A stretch of 64,000 bases of DNA, taken from Bacteroidales bacterium. Its GTDB lineage: Bacteria; Bacteroidota; Bacteroidia; Bacteroidales; VadinHA17. Position numbers and translations under genes: made by a program. This document shows positions 46,001 to 54,944 of this stretch, in pieces. The stretch spans positions 82,524 to 146,523 of the forward strand of contig DATGWQ010000268.1 of assembly GCA_035299385.1 (NCBI GenBank), read 5' to 3'. The notes beneath the pieces are model-generated. The model made no database searches and was not told the DNA's origin. It saw only the letters and a program-made list of their open reading frames with translations. Within the stretch, counting starts at the first letter, position 1. Each line of letters starts with the position of its first letter.

Positions 46001-47260
46001 TATATCAATGAAAAGAGCCTGAATACCGTTGCTTTTGAAGAAAGCGGCAGGACGGATTTTATCCGTGCAATCAATTTCAGGCGCATAATTTCCGATGATG
46101 CTTTTGCAGATTTCTTTCTCCGGAACAGGCCCCTTCACTACGCCAGGTTCAAAAAATTCTGTGAGAATGAAGAATACTGGCTTAACGACTTTGCCCTGTT
46201 CAGCGTTATCAGGCAGGAGAATAAAAACCTGCCATGGGTGGAGTGGCCTGTGAAGCTTAAAAACAGGGATGTGGAATCGCTAAATGAGATTCAGGCGAAA
46301 TATGAAAGTGAAATAAAGAAGATCAAATTAATGCAGTTCATGTTCCAGGAACAATGGCTGTCCCTGAAACGCTATTGCAATGCTGTCGGTATCAGGTTAA
46401 TAGGGGATATGTCGTTTTACGTGAACTATGACAGCGCCGATGTATGGTCACACCCCGGATACTTCAGGCTGGACAGGAATAAGGCGCCTGTAAAGGTGGC
46501 AGGAGTTCCTCCTGATTATTTCAGCAGTACGGGCCAGTTGTGGAACATGCCGGTTTACAGCTGGAGCAGGTTGAAGAAAGACGGGTATGAATGGTGGCTC
46601 AGGCGGATCAAAAGGAATCTCGATTTGAGCGATCTCGTGAGATTTGATCATTTCCGCGCTTTCTCCGAATACTGGGAAGTTCCGTATGGTGAGACGACTG
46701 CTGAGAAAGGAGAATGGGTTACCGGACCGGCTTACGATTTTTTCAAAAAGGTCAGATCAGTATTTCCTTCGATGCCTTTTATTGCCGAGGACCTTGGCAC
46801 AATAGATGAAAAAGTGTACAGCCTGAGGGATGATTTCGCTCTTCCTGGCATGGTGGTTCTGCAGTTTGCTTTCGGAGACGATGTTTCAAGATCTGCTTAT
46901 GCTCCTCACTACCATACTTACAACAGTATTGTTTATACCGGCACCCATGACAATAATACGACCCGCGGATGGTTTGCAAAAGATCTTACCGACTGGAACA
47001 GGCTGGACTTAATTGAATACCTCGGGTACCCGGTTTCAGAGGAAACGTGCAATGAGGATTTCATCAGGATGGCTTACAAGTCGGTTGCAAAAATCGCAAT
47101 TATCCCGGTCCAGGACCTGCTCGGGCTTGATGAAACAGGAAGGCTGAACATGCCTTCAACTTCGGAGAACAACTGGGACTGGAAGATGAAAAAAGCGGAC
47201 CTTGATAAAATATTTTCAGACAAGATCCGGAGGATGGTGAAGCTGTACGGACGAATATAA
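43031..47260 (+). CDS. treY: fusion protein: malto-oligosyltrehalose synthase (TreY, aa 1 to ~905) plus GH77 4-alpha-glucanotransferase (MalQ-like, aa ~912-1409)
   Basis: TreY N-terminus STYRIQFNKDFTFNDF...YASPVLEAAPGSNHGYDV and RVDHIDGL. From nt ~45764 there are GH77 motifs: GVLSHISSLPGEYGTGDLG, LIGDMSFYV, VRFDHFRAF, FIAEDLGTI, YTGTHDNNT. One uninterrupted 4230-nt ORF. Confidence 0.88.
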   Translation: MFYPASTYRIQFNKDFTFNDFLKDKEYFFMLHPSAVYASPVLEAAPGSNHGYDVTNPGRINPEIGTMSEYTRLNGELASNGIGWIQDIVPNHMAFHNNNARLTDVLEKGKASKYASFFDIDFSHPELEDKVIVPFLGKPLQQCLADHEIITEWKDGNFRFRYYDYIFPFSYESFRELMLIKKAFMPGEFASILQKYNIEGYPAPEFLNNEWTGLKSAARSHYEKSSAFRDFISNAADSINSDPELAAKLLQMQHYRLAYWRESGNIMNYRRFFTVNGLICLNIDDDKVFDEYHDFIRQEIESKRVRGLRVDHIDGLKKPEYYLEKLRLLAGDDVYIVIEKILEADEKLPLNFPIQGTSGYDYLSVVNNLLTKKTNYKKLKQFYRDFTGIKDDVAEIIYNKKKSILTESMNGELENLARMFDESGFVTYDADVTREMIKEAIGEFLVAFPVYKLYSDSFPLPKNEAEVIVNVFTKARNRYPYLHKPFDILEDLFLEHDHDEARRIKALNFWLRCLQFTGPLMAKGVEDTVMYYYNYFIAHNEVGDNPGSEGITAEDYHHLMQEKRRYWPGSMNATSTHDTKRGEDVRARLNVISEIPEEWIRSVREWQKINASGKIASGAKTAPDPNEEYFIYQTLAGTFPMDGNVTEDYSKRVGEYLLKSLKEAKTNSNWLDPDTDYEKAVTDFTSAILQEGSKFLKSFLPLQKKLATYGIINSLSQLMLKVTSPGIPDFYQGTELWDLSMVDPDNRRPVDYAGRLRMLKEIDEMKIRDPENFIGTMKGSYFDGRLKLWMTYELLRERENDPGLFLHGSYVPLETAGKYKDNVIAYARTKGSKWFIVIVPLYLAAADKDSRFAKIHEFDWKDTSVMLPEMAPASWSVFNGSKVKVTGKISLSAVMKFPCPVFLKGGNDHQSRFAGVLSHISSLPGEYGTGDLGETAYRFAHILKQNGQSFWQILPFNPVGEGYAFSPYSSISAFAGNTMFISPDLLVQSGYINEKSLNTVAFEESGRTDFIRAINFRRIISDDAFADFFLRNRPLHYARFKKFCENEEYWLNDFALFSVIRQENKNLPWVEWPVKLKNRDVESLNEIQAKYESEIKKIKLMQFMFQEQWLSLKRYCNAVGIRLIGDMSFYVNYDSADVWSHPGYFRLDRNKAPVKVAGVPPDYFSSTGQLWNMPVYSWSRLKKDGYEWWLRRIKRNLDLSDLVRFDHFRAFSEYWEVPYGETTAEKGEWVTGPAYDFFKKVRSVFPSMPFIAEDLGTIDEKVYSLRDDFALPGMVVLQFAFGDDVSRSAYAPHYHTYNSIVYTGTHDNNTTRGWFAKDLTDWNRLDLIEYLGYPVSEETCNEDFIRMAYKSVAKIAIIPVQDLLGLDETGRLNMPSTSENNWDWKMKKADLDKIFSDKIRRMVKLYGRI

Positions 47261-47262
47261 GA

Positions 47263-47299
47263 TTTGCGTCCTCTGCGGTTTCTTTGCGAACTTTGCGTT
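47263..47299 (+). repeat. TTTGCG-word element, copy 1
   Basis: TTTGCGTCCTCTGCGGTTTCTTTGCGAACTTTGCGTT fills the gap between convergent genes and overlaps the stop of the minus-strand gene. It is homologous to 54945-54983. Confidence 0.8.
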
Positions 47300-50132
47300 A
47301 AACTTCTTTTTCCTTCGGAGCTGAAACCTTTTCGAGAAGATAGACAATCGATTTGAACGATATCCCGGAATGCAGACTAAGCCCTATCTCACACGTCCTG
47401 CTGTTGGAATATCCTTCGGTGCAATGCTCAGGGATCTGCTTTTTGAGGTTTCTCAGGCCATGCCGGTTCAGCTCCGGAAAGGTGAATCCCCTGTCGCCCG
47501 CAAAGCCGCAGCAGTTCGCATCAGCAACTACAACCTTCCCTGCACATAAGCCTGCAAGTTCAGTGAGTTTTTTATCAAGTCCCATTTTTTTCATGCTGCA
47601 AACAGGAAAAACGGTAACAGTCTCCTCCGACTGCTTAATATGAAGATGAGGTACAAGGTACTCCAGGCTAAATTCGACCGGTTCAAATAATCGCAGGGCA
47701 GGATTCAGGTTTTCCCTCATAGTAAAAAGACATGGGCTCATCTCGCACAAAACAGGATATTCGCCATTATTGCTTGCTTTCATCAGGGCAGCTTCGAGCT
47801 CATCCGATTTCTTTCTGCCTGCATCGACATAGCCCTTGCTCATGAAGGCCATGCCGCAACAGAGATTGTCCATATTGTCGGGCCAGATGATCCGGTATCC
47901 TGCTTTCTCCAGAAGCTTTACCATTGTATCCGTGACCTGTTTTTCATCCCTGTATTCACGGGAAACGCCGAATGACCTGTTTATGCATGAAGGGAAATAC
48001 ACGACCTTTAAGCTGCTGACTGCCTGGATATTCTTATCCGTTCTGATCTTTGATGCGCCTGATGGCATATACGGGTTCCATGCCGGGATCCTGTTTGCGG
48101 ATACTTTTCTTAATGCTGAGGCGATCGCACTGGTCATGGCGGCGCCAAAAATTTTATGAAAGAAGCTGACGGCTTTAAGCGAACCTCTTGCCAGCGAAGT
48201 CACCCGTTTCATATTACCGGATATGTAATCGGTAGCACCAGTATGACCTTCGGCATTTTCCTTGCGGATGCTCTTTATCAGCGTGCCGCAATCGATTTTT
48301 ACAGGACATTCGAGAGCGCATAAGCCATCGGTCGCACAGGTCTGGTCACCTTCATATTTATACGATTGAGCCATTGATGCGGCAATGTGCGGTTGCAGTC
48401 CGGTCGATTTGAGCCATGCCATTTCGCGATGGACGACGATCCTCTGCCTGGGAGTGAGTGTCAGACCTGCAGAGACACACGACGGCTCACAGAAGCCGCA
48501 TTCAGTGCATTTGTCAGTTATTTCGGACGAAATGCGTGGAGGCTTGAGATCTTTGAGGTGCGCCTGGCTGTCGTCGTTAAGGATCACCCCCGGATTAAGA
48601 ATATTGCCTGGATCAAATATGTTTTTGATTTCCTTCATTAAGCTGTAAGCTTCCTTTCCCCATTCCATCTCCACGAAAGGGGCTATGTTGCGCCCGGTCC
48701 CATGCTCAGCTTTCAGTGATCCGTCATATTTGTTTACGACAAGATCCGCGACGGCAGACATAAGTTTTGAATATTTATCGACCTCTTCGGGGGTGCTGAA
48801 ATCCTGATTGAAAACGAAATGAAGGTTTCCTTCCAGTGCATGGCCGAAGATTACGGCCTGCCTGTATCCGTTATTATCGAGAGCCGACCTGAGGTCAAGA
48901 GTTGCCTCTGCAAGTTTATGAACAGGGAAAGCAACGTCTTCGATGATCACCGTGGTACCTGATTTTCTCATTGCACCAACTGACGGAAAAAGGCCTTTCC
49001 TGATCTTCCACAATTTCTCGTACTCATTCTGAACTGAAGTAAACTGTACGCCTTGAACAGTCCTGGTATCCGCCAGGACTGCACAGATATGATCAGTTTT
49101 GGTAATCAGTTCATCAGGGTCGGAACCGGTTGTCTCAACAAGCAATGCACATGCCTTATCATCAAGGGAAGAAAGATACGCTGGCATTCCTTCCTGCATC
49201 TCGACCGATCTTAATCCGGTTCTGTCAATCAGCTCCACTGCAGAGACAGGAGTGGTTTTCAGTATTATCACAGCCTTGCATGCTGTTGCGATATTCGGGA
49301 AGATCATGAGCGAGCTTGCCCGGCATGGTTCATTCACCACTGTCCTGTAAGTTATTTCCGAAATGAAGCCAAGCGTCCCCTCGGAACCGATCATCAGGTG
49401 CTCGAGTATTTCAACAGGATCGGAAAAATCCACCAGGGCATTCAGGCTGTACCCTGTGGTGTTTTTCATTTTGTATTTTCGCCGGATCCTTTCTGCCAGT
49501 GCTTCATTTTTCTTTGCCGAAATGGCAAGCAAAGAAAGCTGGTCCAGCATATCCGGATTGGTGTTTCTGAATGATTCAACGGAATTTTTATCTCCTGTAT
49601 CCAGAATCGAGCCGTCTGCAAAAACCACCCTGATCCCATTAACGGTTTTATAAGAATTCTGAGACACTCCGCAGCACATCCCGCTTGCATTGTTAGCTGC
49701 GATACCGCCAATCATGGCTGCATTTAGCGAAGCAGGGTCGGGCCCGATCTTCCTTCCATATCCGGAAAGTAATGAATTCGCCCGGCCTCCGGTTATGCCC
49801 GGCTGAAGAGTTATCTCCTGAGCATCTTCTCCAATTGAATATTTCTTCCAGTCATCGCCCGCAATCAGCAGAACGGAATCAGTGACCGCCTGGCCTGACA
49901 GGCTTGTTCCCGCTGCACGGAACGTGACAGGGATCCCGTATGAAGAACATTTCTTAAGTATGAATGAAACCTCTTCTTCATTTGCAGCTTTGACAACCAT
50001 TTTTGGTATCAGCCTGTAAAAGCTTGCATCAGTTCCATATGCGAGTGTGTGAAGCGGATCGTGGAAGATCCGGCTTTTATTGATTCTTTTGACAAGAATC
50101 TCATATAGATCTTTGTACTTTCCAGAAAGCAT
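47298..50132 (-). CDS. FAD-linked oxidase fused to Fe-S/CCG domains (GlcD+GlcF-like, YdiJ-type 2-hydroxyacid dehydrogenase)
   Basis: 944 aa. FAD_binding_4-like N-terminus (RAAGTSLSGQA), FAD-oxidase C region (AEHGTGR), two 4Fe-4S motifs (CTECGFCEPSC, CATDGLCALECP), two CCG motifs (CCGMAF, CCGFAGDRG). Confidence 0.8.
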   Translation of the reverse strand: MLSGKYKDLYEILVKRINKSRIFHDPLHTLAYGTDASFYRLIPKMVVKAANEEEVSFILKKCSSYGIPVTFRAAGTSLSGQAVTDSVLLIAGDDWKKYSIGEDAQEITLQPGITGGRANSLLSGYGRKIGPDPASLNAAMIGGIAANNASGMCCGVSQNSYKTVNGIRVVFADGSILDTGDKNSVESFRNTNPDMLDQLSLLAISAKKNEALAERIRRKYKMKNTTGYSLNALVDFSDPVEILEHLMIGSEGTLGFISEITYRTVVNEPCRASSLMIFPNIATACKAVIILKTTPVSAVELIDRTGLRSVEMQEGMPAYLSSLDDKACALLVETTGSDPDELITKTDHICAVLADTRTVQGVQFTSVQNEYEKLWKIRKGLFPSVGAMRKSGTTVIIEDVAFPVHKLAEATLDLRSALDNNGYRQAVIFGHALEGNLHFVFNQDFSTPEEVDKYSKLMSAVADLVVNKYDGSLKAEHGTGRNIAPFVEMEWGKEAYSLMKEIKNIFDPGNILNPGVILNDDSQAHLKDLKPPRISSEITDKCTECGFCEPSCVSAGLTLTPRQRIVVHREMAWLKSTGLQPHIAASMAQSYKYEGDQTCATDGLCALECPVKIDCGTLIKSIRKENAEGHTGATDYISGNMKRVTSLARGSLKAVSFFHKIFGAAMTSAIASALRKVSANRIPAWNPYMPSGASKIRTDKNIQAVSSLKVVYFPSCINRSFGVSREYRDEKQVTDTMVKLLEKAGYRIIWPDNMDNLCCGMAFMSKGYVDAGRKKSDELEAALMKASNNGEYPVLCEMSPCLFTMRENLNPALRLFEPVEFSLEYLVPHLHIKQSEETVTVFPVCSMKKMGLDKKLTELAGLCAGKVVVADANCCGFAGDRGFTFPELNRHGLRNLKKQIPEHCTEGYSNSRTCEIGLSLHSGISFKSIVYLLEKVSAPKEKEV

Positions 50133-50142
50133 TCCTTATGGC

Positions 50143-50250
50143 ATTTCCTTTGTTTCCTTTGTGATGCCCTTTGCGCACCCTTCGCCTGCCCTTCCTGCTA
50201 CCCCATACCCCCAGGGGGGCCCGCAAAGTCCCCCTTGGGGGATTTAGGGG
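50143..50250 (+). repeat. CCTTTG word array followed by C/G-run mini-hairpins
   Basis: TTTCCTTTG TTTCCTTTG TGATGCCCTTTG CGCACCCTTCG CCTGCCCTTCC (period 9-11). Then ACCCCCAGGGGGG and TCCCCCTTGGGGGA. It sits in a divergent promoter region. Confidence 0.75.
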
Positions 50251-50339
50251 TGAACCAGAGGGGAAAGCTGATTAAAATAGCTTCATATAGATATATGCAC
50301 TTATTTACCTAATTTTGCATGTCAATTTAGTTAAAAAAT

Positions 50340-50960
50340 ATGGATAGCAAGCAGGGACCGGTGTATTCAAGGAATGTTGTGGAATTCGTCGCAGTCGCCA
50401 ATGAATTCTGCAAATATGCCGAGCGTGCAGCCGAGCTGAAGGGAGAAGACCTGCTGAAGATTCTTCAGAGGATATTTCCGCTTATGTATATCAAGGCTTC
50501 GTTGCTTCCGGAGCTGGAGCCTGTATTTGAAGACGGCAACGAAAAGTTTGTCACAGAGGAAACCTGGATAAAGATACATGATACACTGAGATCAAAACTC
50601 GGGACTGCAGACGACTACCTTGAAGTATTCGACGAAAAGATCAGGGATACCGAAGGGCCTGTGACTTCAAGCATATCGGAGAACCTTGCAGACATCTACC
50701 AGGACGTTAAAGATTTCCTCCTGCTCTACCAGACAGGGACGGATGAAGTGATGAATGATGCCATATGGGAATGCAGGATGAATTTCGAGAACATATGGGG
50801 ACAGAAGCTGCTGAACGGACTTAGAGCTATCCACAGGTTTATCTATTCAGGTGAAGAGATCGGGGAGTTGAAGGAAGATGATAATTCCGATGAGGACAGG
50901 GACACTTCTGACTGGATAATTTCAAAAAGACAAAAGGACTTCAGGGAAGATGGAGAATAG
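50340..50960 (+). CDS. DUF5063-like protein
   Basis: 206 aa, acidic. It is followed, with an overlap, by a 3'-5' exonuclease gene; I recall this pairing for DUF5063 in Bacteroidota (memory only). Confidence 0.5.
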   Translation: MDSKQGPVYSRNVVEFVAVANEFCKYAERAAELKGEDLLKILQRIFPLMYIKASLLPELEPVFEDGNEKFVTEETWIKIHDTLRSKLGTADDYLEVFDEKIRDTEGPVTSSISENLADIYQDVKDFLLLYQTGTDEVMNDAIWECRMNFENIWGQKLLNGLRAIHRFIYSGEEIGELKEDDNSDEDRDTSDWIISKRQKDFREDGE

Positions 50961-51531
50961 GAAATATCAGGAGTTAATAAGTCCCGAGGAAATATCAGCG
51001 CTGGAGTTATCCTGGTTCAGGGGCGAAATTGTTGTGGTGGATAACATGCAAACATTCAACAGGGTCTTTCCGCAGCTTCTCGGCCATGGCCTTCTTGGCT
51101 TTGACACCGAAACACGTCCCAACTTCAAAAAAGGGAAAAAGAATAAAGTATCACTGCTTCAGCTTTCGAACGATAAGCTTGCATGTCTTTTCAGGATAAA
51201 TAAGATCGGTATTCCCGACAGGCTTGCAGACCTGCTTTCTGATCCGGGGGTCATCAAGGCGGGTGTCGCGATCCATGATGATATAAGATTTTTAAAGACC
51301 ATCAGGAAGTTCAATCCTGAAGGTTTTGTCGATTTGCAGACCCTTGTCAAGGAGTTCGGCATTCAGTGCTCCGGACTGAAGAAACTGTGTGCAATTATAT
51401 TGGGATTCAGGATATCCAAACGGCAGCAGGTAACAGACTGGGAAGCAGGGGAGCTGTCGGAGCCACAACAGATCTATGCAGCAACAGATGCATGGGTCTG
51501 TTATGAGATTTATAAGAAATTAACAAAATAA
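50950..51531 (+). CDS. 3'-5' exonuclease (DEDDy, RNase D/WRN-exo-like)
   Basis: ExoI GFDTET, ExoII HDDIRFL, ExoIII YAATDAWVCYEIY. Confidence 0.85.
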   Translation: MENRKYQELISPEEISALELSWFRGEIVVVDNMQTFNRVFPQLLGHGLLGFDTETRPNFKKGKKNKVSLLQLSNDKLACLFRINKIGIPDRLADLLSDPGVIKAGVAIHDDIRFLKTIRKFNPEGFVDLQTLVKEFGIQCSGLKKLCAIILGFRISKRQQVTDWEAGELSEPQQIYAATDAWVCYEIYKKLTK

Positions 51532-51588
51532 AACTCTGTGGTTCTCTGTGGTTCTCTGCACAGAGAAGGCACAGAGTTGCACAGAGGG
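51532..51588 (+). repeat. CTCTGTG/CACAGAG palindromic word array
   Basis: AACTCTGTGGTTCTCTGTGGTTCTCTG followed by CACAGAGAAGGCACAGAGTTGCACAGAG. The left arm (51532-51550) can pair with 51559-51578, giving 18 bp with a small bulge. Confidence 0.85.
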
Positions 51589-51599
51589 AAAGATTACTT

Positions 51600-52784
51600 A
51601 TGTCAGAACGAGTAAAAATTGTACTCAAATCCGGGAAGGAGCAGTCTGTCCGCAGGTATCATCCCTGGATATTTTCCGGAGCCATAAAAAAGATCTATGG
51701 CAATCCCGTTGAGGGTGATATTGTCGATGTTTTCGACAACAAGGATGCATTTCTTGCAACCGGGCATTATGCGCCCGGCTCAATTGCAGTTAGAATTCTC
51801 TCTTTTGAACAGGTCGAACCCGATATAAGTTTTTTCCGGAACAGGATAAAAGATGCACTGGCGTACAGGAGGGCAGCCGGCTTACTCACCGATCCGCAGC
51901 TGAATGTTTACAGGCTGATTCACGGGGAAGGTGATGGTCTCCCGGGGCTTATTGTGGATTATTATAATGGAGTGGCTGTCGTACAGATGCATTCCGTAGG
52001 ATTTTACAGGATCAGAAAGGAGATTTCATCAGTGCTTGTGGAAGTACTTGGGGACCGGCTGACTTCAGTTTATGATAAAAGCGAAGGCACAATACCTCAC
52101 ATGGCAGGCTTTGATGTCAGGAATGAATTTCTGTATGGCAATTCCGGCCCTGTCACGGTAACCGAGAATGGCTATAAATTCCTGATCGACTGGACCACCG
52201 GCCAGAAAACAGGTTTTTTTATCGATCAGCGGGAGAACAGGAAATTGCTCCTGCAGTACACCGGTGAAAAAAAAGTCCTGAACATGTTCGGATATACAGG
52301 TGGCTTTTCCGTTTATGCCATGAAGAATGCAGATCTTGTCCATACAGTCGACAGCTCAGGCCAGGCCATCGATCTTGCAAATGAAAATATCAGGCTGAAC
52401 TTCGGTGAGGACAAACGCCATGAAGCCTTCAAAACCGATGCTTTCATATTTCTTGAAGACATCAGGGATAAATACGATCTTATTATTCTTGATCCCCCTG
52501 CGTTTGCCAAGCATAATAATGTTCTCGCAAATGCACTGCAGGGTTATAAAAGGCTGAATCTGAAAGCAATCGAGCAGATCAGGCCTGGTGGTATAATCTT
52601 TACATTTTCGTGCTCGCAGGTGGTTTCAAGGGAGAATTTCCGGAAATCAGTGTTTGCAGCTGCTGCCAATACCGGGAGAAAGGTCAGGATACTTCACCAG
52701 ATGAGCCAGCCTCCTGATCACCCTGTTAATATTTATCACCCTGAAAGCGAATATCTTAAAGGTCTTGTTTTATATGTTGAATAG
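51600..52784 (+). CDS. rlmI: 23S rRNA m5C methyltransferase RlmI-like (PUA + class I SAM MTase)
   Basis: The N-terminus KIVLKSGKEQSVRRYHPWIFSGAI parallels E. coli RlmI. GFFIDQRENR and ILDPPAFAK motifs are present. Confidence 0.8.
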   Translation: MSERVKIVLKSGKEQSVRRYHPWIFSGAIKKIYGNPVEGDIVDVFDNKDAFLATGHYAPGSIAVRILSFEQVEPDISFFRNRIKDALAYRRAAGLLTDPQLNVYRLIHGEGDGLPGLIVDYYNGVAVVQMHSVGFYRIRKEISSVLVEVLGDRLTSVYDKSEGTIPHMAGFDVRNEFLYGNSGPVTVTENGYKFLIDWTTGQKTGFFIDQRENRKLLLQYTGEKKVLNMFGYTGGFSVYAMKNADLVHTVDSSGQAIDLANENIRLNFGEDKRHEAFKTDAFIFLEDIRDKYDLIILDPPAFAKHNNVLANALQGYKRLNLKAIEQIRPGGIIFTFSCSQVVSRENFRKSVFAAAANTGRKVRILHQMSQPPDHPVNIYHPESEYLKGLVLYVE

Positions 52785-52787
52785 TCT

Positions 52788-54938
52788 ATGGCCACGAACA
52801 GGAATATTGCACTTGTTGCTAAGAAGCTGAGTCTTCACGAATGGCAGGTCGAGAACACGATCCGTCTTATGGACGGTGGTGCTACCATACCATTTATAAG
52901 CCGGTACAGGAAGGAGATGACAGGCAGCCTCGATGAAGTTCAGCTGATGCATATCAGGGAAGAGTATGACAAGCTGAACGAACTGGATGCGAGGAGGGAA
53001 GCGATAATCAAATCCATAGAGGAACAGGAAAAGATGACTGACGAGCTCCGTAAGAAGATCGACGCTGCCGTAACAATGACTGAGCTCGAGGATATCTATC
53101 TTCCCTACAGGCCAAAACGCCGGACCCGTGCCACAATTGCAAAGGAAAAAGGTCTTGAGCCGCTGGCAATCATTATAATGGAACAAAAGATTACTGACCC
53201 TGAGCTTAAGGCTGAAACATTCCTGAATGATGATGTTAAAAGTATTGATGAAGCCATAGCAGGCGCATCGGACATCATTGCAGAATGGATCAACGAGGAT
53301 GAGAATGCCAGGAGGCAGCTCAGGCGTTTGTTTGACAGGGAAGCCGTTCTTTATTCAAAGGTTGTCAAAGGGAAAGAAGCTGAAGGAATCAAGTACAGCG
53401 ATTATTTCGACTGGTCGGAACCTCTGAGAAAATGTCCTTCGCACAGGCTTCTTGCTATGAGAAGGGGTGAAGATGAAGGATTTTTGAGATTGTCGGTCGA
53501 ACCCCGTGATGAAAATGCGATTGAAATACTGAGTTCCCTCTTCATTAAAGGAAGAAATGCTTCATCCGCGATAGTCGGAGCTGCAATCAAAGACAGCTGG
53601 AAACGCCTGCTCGGGCCATCCCTTGAAACAGAATTCAGGAGTATTTCCAAGGAGAAGGCTGATAATGAGGCAATTGTCGTGTTTACCGATAATCTTCGCC
53701 AGCTTCTTCTAGCCCCGCCGCTCGGGCAGAAAACTGTTCTGGCAATCGATCCGGGTTTCCGGACCGGCTGTAAGCTGGTGTGCCTCGATCCGCAGGGCAC
53801 CCTGCTTCACAATGAAACAATCTATCCTCATCCGCCACAGAATGAGACAGCGAAATCGGTGAGGAAAATTCTCTCGCTTGTCAGCGCTTACAAGATCGAG
53901 GCAATCGCTATTGGAAATGGCACCGCGAGCCGCGAAACCGAGGATTTCATTAAAAAATGGGTAAGGTTCGAGACGGATGTCCAGGTATTTGTAGTGAGTG
54001 AAGCCGGGGCATCGGTTTACTCGGCATCTAAAACAGCAAGGGAGGAATTCCCTGATTATGATGTTACTGTCCGTGGATCTGTCTCCATCGGACGAAGGCT
54101 TATGGATCCGCTTGCCGAGCTGGTGAAGATAGATCCGAAATCAATAGGCGTTGGTCAGTACCAGCATGATGTCGATCAGCAAAAGCTTCAGAAATCGTTG
54201 GATGATGTCGTGGTAAGCTGCGTGAATGCCGTCGGCGTTGAAGTTAATACTGCCAGCAAGCACCTGCTTACCTATGTCTCGGGACTTGGGCCTCAGCTCG
54301 CACAGAATATTGTCGATTACAGGGCTGAAAACGGCCCGTTCAAATCCAGGAAAGAGCTGTTGAAAGTTAAGAGGATGGGAGAAAAGGCATTCGAGCAGAG
54401 CGCAGGATTCCTTAGAATACGAGGTGCATCAAATCCTCTCGATTCAAGTGCAGTCCACCCCGAGAGTTATTACGTAGTTGAAAAAATGTCAAAGGATCTC
54501 GGATGCGATGTAAAGGACCTGATGACGGACGAAAACAAACGGAAGCAGATCAGCCTGGAAAAATATATCACTCCCGTTACTGGTTTACCTACATTGAAGG
54601 ATATAATCCAGGAGCTTGCAAAACCCGGAAGGGATCCGCGGTCGAAAATAAAGGAATTCAGGTTTGCCGACATTCATACCATGGAAGATGCATTGCCCGG
54701 AATGGTGGTCCCGGGGATTGTAACAAATGTTACAAAATTCGGAGCATTTGTGGATATCGGGATAAAGCAGGACGGGTTGGTGCACGTATCGAACCTGACC
54801 AATAAATTCGTCTCCGATCCTTCAACTGTCGTGAAGCTTCATCAGCATGTGATGGTGAAGATCATCGGGGTCGACATCGAAAGAAAAAGAGTCCAGCTTT
54901 CAATGAAGGATGTCGATCAGAAGATGAAGCTCGATTAA
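52788..54938 (+). CDS. tex: Tex-like transcription accessory protein (YqgF + HhH + S1 domains)
   Basis: IPFISRYRKEMTG, VLAIDPGFRTGCK, IAIGNGTASRE, VGVGQYQHD, C-terminal S1 domain GIVTNVTKFGAFVDIG. Confidence 0.92.
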   Translation: MATNRNIALVAKKLSLHEWQVENTIRLMDGGATIPFISRYRKEMTGSLDEVQLMHIREEYDKLNELDARREAIIKSIEEQEKMTDELRKKIDAAVTMTELEDIYLPYRPKRRTRATIAKEKGLEPLAIIIMEQKITDPELKAETFLNDDVKSIDEAIAGASDIIAEWINEDENARRQLRRLFDREAVLYSKVVKGKEAEGIKYSDYFDWSEPLRKCPSHRLLAMRRGEDEGFLRLSVEPRDENAIEILSSLFIKGRNASSAIVGAAIKDSWKRLLGPSLETEFRSISKEKADNEAIVVFTDNLRQLLLAPPLGQKTVLAIDPGFRTGCKLVCLDPQGTLLHNETIYPHPPQNETAKSVRKILSLVSAYKIEAIAIGNGTASRETEDFIKKWVRFETDVQVFVVSEAGASVYSASKTAREEFPDYDVTVRGSVSIGRRLMDPLAELVKIDPKSIGVGQYQHDVDQQKLQKSLDDVVVSCVNAVGVEVNTASKHLLTYVSGLGPQLAQNIVDYRAENGPFKSRKELLKVKRMGEKAFEQSAGFLRIRGASNPLDSSAVHPESYYVVEKMSKDLGCDVKDLMTDENKRKQISLEKYITPVTGLPTLKDIIQELAKPGRDPRSKIKEFRFADIHTMEDALPGMVVPGIVTNVTKFGAFVDIGIKQDGLVHVSNLTNKFVSDPSTVVKLHQHVMVKIIGVDIERKRVQLSMKDVDQKMKLD

Positions 54939-54944
54939 ATCCGG

